Shown here: positions 29,508 through 39,024 of the stretch, in pieces
Layout of the letters: each line of letters starts with the position of its first letter
Numbering within the stretch: the stretch's first letter is position 1
Notes under the pieces: model-generated
What the model was told of the DNA's origin: nothing
What the model saw: only the letters and a program-made list of their open reading frames with translations
Database searches by the model: none
Translations under genes and position numbers: made by a program
Source of the DNA: Candidatus Latescibacterota bacterium
Lineage (GTDB): Bacteria > Latescibacterota > UBA2968
Reading direction: 5' to 3'
DNA length: 64,000 nt
Assembly: GCA_965222605.1 (NCBI GenBank)
Contig: OZ244960.1
Span: 3,872,001 to 3,936,000 of the forward strand

Positions 29508-30412
29508 AAAAAGAACAAAGAAAATCAGCAAATCTCCCGTATAAAACCACTACGGGACAGGCTCTATCTGGAAGCGATTCCCCTTTGGGTGATCCTTCCC
29601 AAGCACAACTCACAGATCTTTATTTGCGCGATATTCGCAAATACACCCCGCTTTCCCGCGAAGATGAAGTCAAAGCCATCAATGCTGCGCGCAAGGGCAA
29701 TCAAAAGGCACTGAATCATCTCATTACAGCCAATTTGCGCTTTGTTGTGCGCGTGGCTGGCGAATATACGGGGCGCGGATTGCCCCTTTCCGATCTCATT
29801 GCCGAGGGCAATATGGGCCTTATACGCGCTACTCAAACATACGATCCCGAGCGCGGGTACAAGTTTATCACTTATGCGGTGTGGTGGATTCGCCAGGCCA
29901 TGCTCTCTGCTCTCAATCGCCAGACGCATCCGGTGGCGTTTCCGGTCAATCAAATAGATGATCGCGATGCGCTCAATAAAGTGTCTGCCGCACTTTCACA
30001 AGAATACGGTCGCGTTCCCACTGTTGACGAGTTGGCTTCAGAAACCGATTTCTCAACTCGACGAGTGCATAAGGCGCTTCAAACAAGTCTGGCATCTGTC
30101 TCGCTTGACGGGCCAGTATATGAAGATAGTGACCGCCGGTTTGCCGATGTTGTTCCCGATGATGCACCCCAGCCAGATGAGGATGTGCACGCCAACCGAT
30201 TGCGCGATCTTTTGCACAAGGGCCTGGCCGATTTGCCCGAACGCGAAGCCGAGATTATCAACCGCTATTTTGGCCTGGATGTTGACAACGCAGAATCGCT
30301 GGAGCAAGTGGGTAAGCGCTTTCACATTAGCCGCGAGCGCGTGCGCCAGCTCAAAGACCGCGCGCTTGGGCTGTTGCGCCAGCACATGGATGTAGAAGAG
30401 GTTGTATTATAG
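29504..30412 (+). CDS. Alternative sigma-70 factor (RpoD/RpoS-like, no region 1.1)
   Basis: YLRDI..Y.PLSREDE, ANLRFVV, DLIAEGNMGL, KFITYAVWWIRQ, LEQVG..F.ISRERVRQ; ATGA overlap with merR. Confidence 0.92.
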   Translation: MKKEQRKSANLPYKTTTGQALSGSDSPLGDPSQAQLTDLYLRDIRKYTPLSREDEVKAINAARKGNQKALNHLITANLRFVVRVAGEYTGRGLPLSDLIAEGNMGLIRATQTYDPERGYKFITYAVWWIRQAMLSALNRQTHPVAFPVNQIDDRDALNKVSAALSQEYGRVPTVDELASETDFSTRRVHKALQTSLASVSLDGPVYEDSDRRFADVVPDDAPQPDEDVHANRLRDLLHKGLADLPEREAEIINRYFGLDVDNAESLEQVGKRFHISRERVRQLKDRALGLLRQHMDVEEVVL

Positions 30413-30423
30413 AGGAGTAATAG

Positions 30424-31254
30424 ATGATTATCGATACGCATATCCATATTTACGATCCCACTCGTCCAGAGGGTGTGCCTTTTCCCGAACCAGATGACGA
30501 GATTTATCGCCGCGTTATGCCCGAAGACTACAGAGTGCTGGTCGCGTCTGAAGGTGTTACGGGGGCTATTATTGTCGAGGCGAGTACATGGGTTGAAGAC
30601 AACCAGTGGGTGCTCGATGTGATCGAAGATGATCCGTTTATCGTGGGACTGGTTGGCAATCTCGATCCGCGGGCTGAGGATTTTGGCGATCATCTCAATC
30701 GCCTAAGTCCCAATCCGCTCTTTTTGGGTATTCGCCCGCGCACTCATCCCTGGGAGCGAGAAGATTTGGGCAAGATGGCGGGTGCTTTTGAAAAGCTTGT
30801 CGAACACGATCTTGAACTCGATTCGGGGATCGGCGATGCGGTTGTGGAAATCGCGCGTCGATTGCCCGATCTTCGCATTGTGATCAATCACTGCGGCAAT
30901 GTCCCGGCAGATGGCAATCCCATTGCACCCGAGCGTTTGGAGCTTATGCAAAAAGCCGCGGAACAGCCCAATATTTTTTGCAAGGTGTCGGGTTTGATGG
31001 ATTTGCGCTGTCAGGTTATTCCGGCGCCCACAGATCTCGATTTTTATGTATATTTGCTCAACGCGCTCTGGCATCTTTTTGGTGAAGATCGCGTGATTTA
31101 CGGCAGTGATTGGCCGGTTCTCGAACGCAGCAAGCGCACCCCTGCCGAGGCGCAACGCCTTGTGTATGATTATTTTTCTCAGAAGGGTGATGCGGTGTTG
31201 GAGAAGTATTTTTGGAAGAATGCAAAGGTCGCGTATAAATGGCTCGATAGATGA
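30424..31254 (+). CDS. Amidohydrolase_2 family protein (sugar-lactonase-like)
   Basis: IIDTHIH, VINHCG, CKVSG, FGEDRVIYGSDWPV. Confidence 0.88.
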   Translation: MIIDTHIHIYDPTRPEGVPFPEPDDEIYRRVMPEDYRVLVASEGVTGAIIVEASTWVEDNQWVLDVIEDDPFIVGLVGNLDPRAEDFGDHLNRLSPNPLFLGIRPRTHPWEREDLGKMAGAFEKLVEHDLELDSGIGDAVVEIARRLPDLRIVINHCGNVPADGNPIAPERLELMQKAAEQPNIFCKVSGLMDLRCQVIPAPTDLDFYVYLLNALWHLFGEDRVIYGSDWPVLERSKRTPAEAQRLVYDYFSQKGDAVLEKYFWKNAKVAYKWLDR

Positions 31255-31264
31255 GGTTCGAACT

Positions 31265-32068
31265 ATGCAAATTATCCCTTCTGGCGGCGCACTGGGCGCG
31301 GAAATTCGGGAGCTTGATATTTCGCAGGCACTCGACGATGACACCGTCCAGGCTATTCGCCAGGCATTGCTCAATTACTGTGTTGTGTATTTTCGCGATC
31401 AGGATTTGAGCGAGGAAGATCAGATTCGCTTTACCGATTATTTTGGTCGCGCAGTCGAACACGTTCGCAAACAGCTCGACCGCGAACACAAAGAAATTTT
31501 TATTGTTTCCAATATTGAAGAGAACGGTCAGCCCATCGGTGCTTTGGGCGATGGGGAGGTTAGCTTTCACTCCGATTTGTCATATCTCAAGCGGCCTGGT
31601 ACGATTTCCGTTCTTTATGCTCTTGAAATTCCCAGTGCAGGGGGCAATACCCAGTGGTGCAATTGTTATGCCGCGTATGAAGCGTTAGATGAAGATATAA
31701 AAAAACGGCTCACAGGATTGCGAGCCGTACACCGTCATTATGTTGGAGAACAAAATCCACCCGAACGCGTTGACCATCCGGTCGTGCGCACCCATCCAGA
31801 AACCGGGCGCAAGTCGCTTTATGCCGGTCCCCATCTGACCAAATATATTCTCGATATGCCCACCGATGAAAGCGACGCGCTTCTCAAGGCGCTTTTTGAG
31901 CACGCCGCCCGTCCCGAATTTTTGTGGACCCACATATGGGAGGTCGGCGATCTGGTGATGTGGGACAACCGCCCCACGATGCATCGCCGCGAACCCTTTT
32001 CTCCATCGGAACGCCGCATGATGAAACGCACGCAGGTTTTCAATGCGGATGATATACCGTTTGAATGA
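31265..32068 (+). CDS. TauD/TfdA family 2-oxoglutarate dioxygenase
   Basis: FHSDLSY, HPVVRTHPETGRKSLY, WDNRPTMHRR. Confidence 0.9.
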   Translation: MQIIPSGGALGAEIRELDISQALDDDTVQAIRQALLNYCVVYFRDQDLSEEDQIRFTDYFGRAVEHVRKQLDREHKEIFIVSNIEENGQPIGALGDGEVSFHSDLSYLKRPGTISVLYALEIPSAGGNTQWCNCYAAYEALDEDIKKRLTGLRAVHRHYVGEQNPPERVDHPVVRTHPETGRKSLYAGPHLTKYILDMPTDESDALLKALFEHAARPEFLWTHIWEVGDLVMWDNRPTMHRREPFSPSERRMMKRTQVFNADDIPFE

Positions 32069-32083
32069 GGGGTAGGGGTTGCG

Positions 32084-32974
32084 TCACACCCGATGCAGAT
32101 GGGTGCCTTTGCTCTCTCGCAGGTCCGTTACCCACCGCGTACACCATTCATCAAAGCTGTCTTGCACAGATGCGGGATTTTCTTTGCTCTGGACGATAAA
32201 TTCGGGCCAGAATGGTCGTCCTGTAGGTGTGCCCGTTTTTTGAAATCGCAGATCCATGCTCCAGCGCACCAGATTTGTGCGGTTTGGCTGGCCCCTGTGC
32301 GGGGTGTACGCGCTCATCATGAGTACGTCTCCGCGTTTCATAATACAATTTACAGGTTCAATTTCTGGCATGTACATGGGTTTGATCATGGTGCCGCCTT
32401 CGCGCTGGTGTTCGAGCAGTCCCATGGGTACTACGCCCGGCAATACTTGTAAGCACCCGCGTTCTGGGGTGACATCTACGAGTGGTATCCAGCAAGTTAT
32501 GATTTCCGAGATGTCCGCCTCTTCTTTTGTGACGCCCTGGTCCTGATGCCATGGTACCTGTCCGGGTTGTATTTCGCGCGCGGGCAAGTAGGGGCGAAAA
32601 TGTTGAATTGGACTCAGGGTTATTTCTGGTCCTATGAGGCTCTCGACTGCCGATAGTAATTGCTCATTGAAGAAGATGTCGAACATCGGTTTCACGCGCG
32701 CGCGCATGATGTCGAATCCACCCGCAAAACTGCGCAGTGCGTCATATCCCTCATCGTCTAATTCCCGTGCAATTGCAGCCAGGCGATGGCTGAAGGGCTT
32801 GTCTGCATGTACGGATGAGATCGCCCCTTCTTCTAATAGCTCTTGCGCCTTTTGATTGATCAATACGTCATAATCGTGTTCAATCGGTTCAAAGGCCGCG
32901 TCATCTAATACATTTTCCGCAATCAAAACTCCCCGATCGCGATACTGATTAATTTGATCTTGTGTCAATGGCAT
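32084..32974 (-). CDS. Phytanoyl-CoA dioxygenase (PhyH) family
   Basis: LT.DQI.QY...G, PWHQD, WIPLVD..PERGCL, H....N.T..VRWSMDLRF. Confidence 0.88.
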   Translation of the reverse strand: MPLTQDQINQYRDRGVLIAENVLDDAAFEPIEHDYDVLINQKAQELLEEGAISSVHADKPFSHRLAAIARELDDEGYDALRSFAGGFDIMRARVKPMFDIFFNEQLLSAVESLIGPEITLSPIQHFRPYLPAREIQPGQVPWHQDQGVTKEEADISEIITCWIPLVDVTPERGCLQVLPGVVPMGLLEHQREGGTMIKPMYMPEIEPVNCIMKRGDVLMMSAYTPHRGQPNRTNLVRWSMDLRFQKTGTPTGRPFWPEFIVQSKENPASVQDSFDEWCTRWVTDLRESKGTHLHRV

Positions 32975-33032
32975 GGTGTGTTTTCTCCTGAAAAAATTGG
33001 CGGTCAGGCGGGCTGACGCATGGTGGTTTTAC

Positions 33033-33746
33033 CTATCGCAAAACGATTTCGACCCGCGCTACGCCCTTTACATTTGCACAGCGGTCGTCGTGTCCGGGAA
33101 TGATCAGACGCAGAGGGCCGCCGTAACTGGCGGGCAAGGGTTGTCCCTCCAGTCCGTAGATTAACAATCCTTGTTCCCGAACGAGGGCGAGATCGACGGT
33201 AGCGGAAAAACGGTCGGCGTCTGCGTAAAAGATCGCGTCGGCATCGGCTGTGTCGTCCAATACCTCGCGCATCCAAACGCCCTGTCCCTGGCGGTCGGGC
33301 ACGAGCGTGCTTACGTCTCCAATCTGATTTGGTAGTGTTGCAAAATTTTCAAAGTCGAGGGTTCGAGATGTATTCGGTGCTTCTATTGTCAATATGGGTG
33401 TGTTTTGTGTGCTCTTTAGTGCGGCTGCCATGCGGTCCTGGATCATGTCGAACAAGCGGGGGTCACTGCCCAATGGGCTGGTCATCAGGATGCGTATTTG
33501 CGGGTTTTCATTTTGTAGGGATTTGATGCGTTGCAATAAGTTTTCGCGCATTGTATCGGGGAGGGCGATCAGTGCGGGAAAGACGACGATTTGATCTATG
33601 CCTTCACTGGTACGCACGCTTTCTTCCAGTTTATCGAAAGAAGTAGCCACTACCTGATCGGCGAGGTTGGCGTCGATTGCCGCGTTGATAAATTGGCGAG
33701 AAACTTGTACTTTACTTTCAGCACAAATTAAGAGTAATGTGTTCAC
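33033..33746 (-). CDS. Fusion of a degenerate CbiX/SirB chelatase-like domain and a molybdopterin-oxidoreductase-like domain
   Basis: N-half IVVFPAL...PLGSDPRL..MIQDR; C-half LIYGLEGQPLP..YGGPLRLIIPG...ANVKGVARVEI. Confidence 0.6.
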   Translation of the reverse strand: MNTLLLICAESKVQVSRQFINAAIDANLADQVVATSFDKLEESVRTSEGIDQIVVFPALIALPDTMRENLLQRIKSLQNENPQIRILMTSPLGSDPRLFDMIQDRMAAALKSTQNTPILTIEAPNTSRTLDFENFATLPNQIGDVSTLVPDRQGQGVWMREVLDDTADADAIFYADADRFSATVDLALVREQGLLIYGLEGQPLPASYGGPLRLIIPGHDDRCANVKGVARVEIVLR

Positions 33747-33806
33747 GATATTCGCGTCCTATTCAGACGACGCTCGGCAAAAGCGATAATAACTGGTTTA
33801 CCCATC

Positions 33807-33944
33807 ATGTATCCGATCATTCCATTTGAAAACTTACCTTTAGGCGTCCAGATTTTCCTGGTTCTCACGTCCGTTTTCATCTTAGTCGGCATTGGTTCTA
33901 TTTTGTGGCAGATGATCCGCGCAATACGCGATAAAAGAGAATAA
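33807..33944 (+). CDS. Small single-TM membrane protein (45 aa), absent from the ORF track
   Basis: MYPIIPFENLPLGVQIFLVLTSVFILVGIGSILWQMIRAIRDKRE fills the intergenic gap; TM followed by a basic tail. Confidence 0.5.
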   Translation: MYPIIPFENLPLGVQIFLVLTSVFILVGIGSILWQMIRAIRDKRE

Positions 33945-34007
33945 TGGGTGGTCGCTTTACCCCGTATTACACTCTACGGGGCAGGCTCTCTTACGTCTTA
34001 CCTGCTT

Positions 34008-34847
34008 TCAAACGGCCATTTCCGCGCGGATGGTGTCGTGGTGCTGATAATTGATGAGTTCAAAGTCGTCCATTTCAAAATGGTCGATTTCGGTTTGACC
34101 ACGGTCTTTAATCCGCAATTTGGGCAGGGGATATGGCTTGCGAGATAGTTGTTTTTTTACTGCGTCGAGATGGTTTAAGTAGATGTGTGCGTCGCCGAGG
34201 ACGTGGATAAATTCGTGGGGGACGAGACCCGTAATTTTTGCGACCATGTGCAACAATACGGAATAGGACGCGATGTTGAGCGGAACGCCTAAAAACATGT
34301 CGCATGATCGCTGATACATTTGTAAGGACAATTTGCCTTCTGCTACATAAAATTGAAAAAAGTTGTGACACGGGGGCAGTGCCACGTCCAGAGAGCCTAT
34401 TTCCGCTGCGTTCCAGGCATCGACCATGATGCGTCGGGATTCGGGATTTTCTCGGATTAAATTAATCGCATTTTGAAGCTGATCTACCACTTTTCCATTG
34501 GCACCTTTCCATCGCCGCCACTGTACTCCGTAAATACGTCCCATGCTGCCGTCGTTTTTATCTATTTCCAGGCGGTTCAAATAATCCTCATAATTGCCAT
34601 CCCACAGCCGATTGCTTTTCAAATAGGTTTTCAAGTCGCGGATGTTGTCGGATCCGGATATAAACCACAGCAGTTCCGATAACATTGATTTCCACACCAG
34701 TCGCTTGGTGGTTACTGCGGGAAATCCGTCTGCCATTGCATAGCGCGCATGCAGGCCAAAACACGAGATTGTGCCCACACCCGTGCGGTCGCCCTTTTTT
34801 ACGCCGTGGTTGAGGACATGTTGTAGTTGATTGAGATATGTGTGCAT
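34008..34847 (-). CDS. thyA: Thymidylate synthase
   Basis: DRTGVGT, ELLWF, YGVQWR, SRR, LPPCH, YQRSCDMFLGVPLN, DAHIYLNH. Confidence 0.97.
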   Translation of the reverse strand: MHTYLNQLQHVLNHGVKKGDRTGVGTISCFGLHARYAMADGFPAVTTKRLVWKSMLSELLWFISGSDNIRDLKTYLKSNRLWDGNYEDYLNRLEIDKNDGSMGRIYGVQWRRWKGANGKVVDQLQNAINLIRENPESRRIMVDAWNAAEIGSLDVALPPCHNFFQFYVAEGKLSLQMYQRSCDMFLGVPLNIASYSVLLHMVAKITGLVPHEFIHVLGDAHIYLNHLDAVKKQLSRKPYPLPKLRIKDRGQTEIDHFEMDDFELINYQHHDTIRAEMAV

Positions 34848-34926
34848 GAAGACCCCAGTGCAAAAAATATTAAAATAAAAGGGGGAGAGAAGTTAAGAGA
34901 TTGGAGCTAGTGGTGGAGGAATTGTA

Positions 34927-34983
34927 GTAGGGGCGGTGCCCCTGTGCCCGCCCGTCGTAGGGATAACCCCCTGTGGTTGTCCT
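34927..34983 (+). repeat. Two GTAG-type REP elements in tandem
   Basis: GTAGGGGCGGTGCCCCTGTGCCCGCCC and GTAGGGATAACCCCCTGTGGTTGTCC. Confidence 0.8.
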
Positions 34984-35038
34984 GTTTTGTATGATCAGTA
35001 CCCCTGTGCTGAATGCGACTGGTTGGTGTTGAGCCGCC

Positions 35039-35071
35039 GTCATCGCGGCATGTTTTTGAGCCGCGATCCAG
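35039..35071 (+). repeat. GTCAT-type palindromic repeat, copy 1
   Basis: GTCATCGCGGCATGTTTTTGAGCCGCGATCCAG; near-identical copy at 46472. Confidence 0.7.
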
Positions 35072-35099
35072 AGGTTTTGATCGTCATCATCGTGAATAA

Positions 35100-37709
35100 T
35101 TATCCATTGATCGGTTTGCCATAAGAATTCACAAAGATAAGGAAATCAGAAAAGCCAACCTCTCCATTGCCATCGAGATCGAATTTTAGATCGAAGTTCT
35201 CCTGTCCGCTGTGGGTTCCAAACGCATGAACAAAAGCCAAAAAGTCTTCGAACGCGACCTGCCCATCACCATCAAAATCGGCAGAAATAAGGGGAGTATC
35301 GCTTACCTCAAAGCGGATGATTTCAGTAAAGTTCGCCCGAAGAATGTTATAGGCTTTATCATATACTTGCATTTCAGCCAAACCCCATGTTCCGGGGATA
35401 CTACCAACAGGCAAGATGACTGTGTGATGGTAGGTTTGGTACACCGTCGGCTCTCCAGAAAAATAGATATTGGAATAACTCGGTTCTGGTACATAATGTC
35501 TAAAGTCTCCGTGCATTACGCCTTGGGGATCGCGTAAATACATGCGTGCTTCACGATATCCGCTGATATTATCTAGGACTATAAAAGTAATATCAACTCG
35601 GGTTTCGCCATTTGGTGCTTCTGGATGTGTCGGCACCGCCTTGATGGTGATTCGGTTGAGATCGAGCACAGGCGGTATGGTATCTGGATTTGTCGTCTGG
35701 ACCTCAATCGTGGCTGGTAACTCATCAATCGCTATGTCTTGGTCCCTTAAATTGTGTCCAGGATCGGTAAAATAGACAACGCGCACGTTTCGTGCTCCAT
35801 CCTCCATCCTGATATAGTTAAGTTTGTACATCCCGCCTGGAAAATAGTCCGGAATCACAAGTTTACAAACCGCTTCTCCAGTTTGTAGATCATATTCTCC
35901 ATAGTCCTCCGAGCGACGTGAATAGGTTTCGGCATTGGCATCGTTCAGTCGTGCCAAGACGCTCTTAACATCGTTTTTTTCATCAAGTCGCCAACGAGCG
36001 GCAACAACTTGATAAGGTCTGCCATTTTCCTCGCGTTGTGATAGCGAAAGTTGCATAGAATTTCTGATATATTCTGGTGGTTCATAATCTGCAAGTGGAT
36101 TGTTGATATAGAGTTTCCATCCAAAATCGGTCTGGGATTCGTGTCGCTCATTGCGCTGGGCATCTCTCAAGGTAATTTGTTCTGGAGCCCAGTATCCATG
36201 TGCTACGTACTTCGATAATGTTTTATTTCCTCGCAAAATATGACTCGCATCTTCTCTCCCAAGACGCTGACCATTGGGGCCTGTAGGATAAAGCCGAAGG
36301 TCAAAGTAAGTGCCTTTGTCGCTGTATATCCTGACATCTGACCATTGGGCTTTATCAAGGTCGCCTGATTGGTGAATTTCAATCTCTATTGTTATCTCCT
36401 TATCTTCTTCCGGTTCGCCCTCAACCTGTATATCAACCCGGATGATCCGACCCGGATACACGACATCCGGATATAGATTATATACCTCAAATGTCAAATC
36501 AGGACGGATGCGCGATATGTAGCGCGTGCCGTGCATGACCCGATCCCGAATAAATTCGTATTTGGCAGGAGAACGTGAACGTAATTTATCCGGGTTCACA
36601 ATGTAATAACTGATACTTTCTGCCATATCCTCATTCGGATTTTTCTTGTGTGCATAAGCAGATACAAACTCGGTCTGCTTGGTCGTTGACCAGCCGTCAC
36701 TATCATCGGGGTTTATATACCACCCACCAAGCTCAATCCAATCCTGTTTGAGTTGATCGTCGAAGAGGTGCGCCCATAAAAAATGTGCCTTTTCATGGAG
36801 GATTAAGCGGTGGATGTAGTCGAGTCCTTGTTCCTTAAACGCAGATTCCATAAACTCAATATAGCCCTCGCTCGGCCAGGCTATAGCTGGAGCAGTCGGG
36901 TTAATCGGATGAGGTGTCCCATCTAATCGCCGCACCAGATATTGCAGCCCTGGTGTGCTGAGCAGGCCCTGTGGATATTCTTCAAACATGCTTACAATAG
37001 CCATCAATTCCTCGTTCTTGAACTCTCCAAACCGACCTGCATCTTCCTTCGTTGTTCTTCGCGTGAGTTCGGTATAGTCCGGTACATCTATACTTATGCC
37101 ATAGCGTTTCTCTAAAATCTGCTTCAGTGCGCGTCTATCTCTGCCATCATCGGTTACATAACGCACTATTGCATGGTGTAGTCTTTTAGAAAAGAAACGA
37201 CCTCTTACTCCTTCTATTTGGGCCAGCGCAGGCTCGGCATAAGTAAAGGCTTCAAGAGCTACGGTGACTATTTTTTGCCCTTCTCGAACTTCGATTTCTA
37301 TATCATTTTGAATATGCTGGTCTGATAAGCGCCACAGCGAGTGGGGAACCGTTAGAGTTTCTTCTCGAAATTCATTGCTTGGTTGTGGTATAGAGTCAAA
37401 GGTTTGGAGTAATCGGTAAGCCTGACCGTCACTCCATTCGGTGCCGAGTAATACGGAATATTGTTGCATGAGACGCAGGGACGCACTGTGCGGCACGACC
37501 TGTATTGGCTCGTCTAAGAATAGTACCTGCACGGGTTGAACGAGGTTTACTGAGTCCGCTCCCTCGAAGGTCGTATCGGTTTTCCAAGTATAAGAGTATT
37601 GTGCAAAAGCGGGTCCGCTGAAAATGAATACGATCAGGAGGACAACACTACTCAGGTAGGTAAGTTTTTTGGTTTTCTCAGAGCTGTTTTGATATGTCTT
37701 TTCTGCCAT
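35100..37709 (-). CDS. Secreted zinc-metallopeptidase-like protein with Ig-like repeats and C-terminal dockerin-like double EF-hand
   Basis: Signal peptide (PAFA-Q), ILHEKAH..., FVSAYA..NPNEDMAES, tail ADFDGDGQVAFEDFLAF...FDLDGNGEVGFSDFLIF. Confidence 0.7.
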   Translation of the reverse strand: MAEKTYQNSSEKTKKLTYLSSVVLLIVFIFSGPAFAQYSYTWKTDTTFEGADSVNLVQPVQVLFLDEPIQVVPHSASLRLMQQYSVLLGTEWSDGQAYRLLQTFDSIPQPSNEFREETLTVPHSLWRLSDQHIQNDIEIEVREGQKIVTVALEAFTYAEPALAQIEGVRGRFFSKRLHHAIVRYVTDDGRDRRALKQILEKRYGISIDVPDYTELTRRTTKEDAGRFGEFKNEELMAIVSMFEEYPQGLLSTPGLQYLVRRLDGTPHPINPTAPAIAWPSEGYIEFMESAFKEQGLDYIHRLILHEKAHFLWAHLFDDQLKQDWIELGGWYINPDDSDGWSTTKQTEFVSAYAHKKNPNEDMAESISYYIVNPDKLRSRSPAKYEFIRDRVMHGTRYISRIRPDLTFEVYNLYPDVVYPGRIIRVDIQVEGEPEEDKEITIEIEIHQSGDLDKAQWSDVRIYSDKGTYFDLRLYPTGPNGQRLGREDASHILRGNKTLSKYVAHGYWAPEQITLRDAQRNERHESQTDFGWKLYINNPLADYEPPEYIRNSMQLSLSQREENGRPYQVVAARWRLDEKNDVKSVLARLNDANAETYSRRSEDYGEYDLQTGEAVCKLVIPDYFPGGMYKLNYIRMEDGARNVRVVYFTDPGHNLRDQDIAIDELPATIEVQTTNPDTIPPVLDLNRITIKAVPTHPEAPNGETRVDITFIVLDNISGYREARMYLRDPQGVMHGDFRHYVPEPSYSNIYFSGEPTVYQTYHHTVILPVGSIPGTWGLAEMQVYDKAYNILRANFTEIIRFEVSDTPLISADFDGDGQVAFEDFLAFVHAFGTHSGQENFDLKFDLDGNGEVGFSDFLIFVNSYGKPING

Positions 37710-37786
37710 TGTGTCGTGTCTTTTATTTGCACAGCGGTACCAACTCTTAAAGCTGCGTAACAACATCAGCGGAATCAAGCGTCTTC

Positions 37787-38995
37787 TTAGTCGCGCTCGT
37801 TCATAAAGGTATCCACTGCGGGGGTGACGACCTTTATGAAACGCCTGAGTGTATCAGCCAGGGATTTGGCGAAATCGTCGTTCAGTTCATGACTACCGAA
37901 ATCAACCTGGACGATCCGTCCCTGTCTGCCTCGACGGTCTAACCTTTGGCCTTTTTGGATATCCAGATTATCCAGGATGTTTTTCAGTGAATCGCTTTCA
38001 CCAACAGAAAGGTTGCCGATTTTCCCTTGTTTGTCGAATGAGTATCTGATTGCGACGAGTGCATTGTTGCAGAATTTTGTGTCCAGGGATGGGTCGAGCT
38101 CGATTTTGTAGAACAGTTGCCAGTTTTTCCAGGGCTGCCTTGAATACCATAAGTGGTAGTAGCGGTGGCCTTGCTTGTGTACAGATGCATATTGGCTTTT
38201 GCCATTCGGTTTGATATCATCAGGTAGTCCGTCAGTAGCCAATGTTGCGACTTTCTTTACAAAATGCGTCACGTTATCATTTCTGAGTGGGTTGCTACTT
38301 CGCATTGAGCGGTCCTCTCGTGCCGCAGGTTTCTTTCCTTCTGCCGTATCGCTACTCTTGATGTCGTAATCTTCTATTTCGGGCATGGTATCGATTCCAT
38401 ACAGCTTGAAATATTTTTCTATTTCTTGCCCCAAACGACGCTTGGCATAATCATCTATTCTTCCTATGAATCCCGAAAGAACGACTGCAAAATCGTGCTT
38501 GCCATTTTGAACGGTATATGAAGTATGTTTCTGTCTTGTAGTCTCAGGTGGATATAACTGACATAATTTGCGGCTTACGTCTGCGCCATTACAGATAATA
38601 ATCTTCGGTTTGTACGTTTCAATCTGTTGTTTCAAATACCCACTACAGTTGGCGATGATTTCCTTCCTACCACCTCTTTGCATTGTTTTGGGTGGAAAAT
38701 TGTTGGAGTAACACTTTACTAAATCTGTATGTGCGACGCCATTGGGGTGGCCCAGAAGTTTATGGAGGTCTGGAGAGACTTTCTTGAAATCATTAAAATA
38801 TCCGTGAACGTTATTGCTTTGAAAATATTTTCTCAATTGGATGATGTCACCCTCGTCATTATACCCTTCAGCACCCCTGGGGTTGAGACCTATTATCCAA
38901 ACAGGTGCTTCACTTGCACCAACAATTGATTCTATGGGAGAATATTTTCGCTGAAAAAAGAGGCCATGTTTTTTACACTTCAAGCATTTTTCCAT
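37787..38995 (-). CDS. Uracil-DNA glycosylase-like domain fused to an unknown C-terminal domain
   Basis: CLKC, VWIIGLNP, TDLVKC, NCSGYL.QQIE..KPKIIICNG. Confidence 0.65.
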   Translation of the reverse strand: MEKCLKCKKHGLFFQRKYSPIESIVGASEAPVWIIGLNPRGAEGYNDEGDIIQLRKYFQSNNVHGYFNDFKKVSPDLHKLLGHPNGVAHTDLVKCYSNNFPPKTMQRGGRKEIIANCSGYLKQQIETYKPKIIICNGADVSRKLCQLYPPETTRQKHTSYTVQNGKHDFAVVLSGFIGRIDDYAKRRLGQEIEKYFKLYGIDTMPEIEDYDIKSSDTAEGKKPAAREDRSMRSSNPLRNDNVTHFVKKVATLATDGLPDDIKPNGKSQYASVHKQGHRYYHLWYSRQPWKNWQLFYKIELDPSLDTKFCNNALVAIRYSFDKQGKIGNLSVGESDSLKNILDNLDIQKGQRLDRRGRQGRIVQVDFGSHELNDDFAKSLADTLRRFIKVVTPAVDTFMNERD

Positions 38996-39024
38996 TGAGT
39001 GCTCGCTTTTGTTTAAAATGATGC

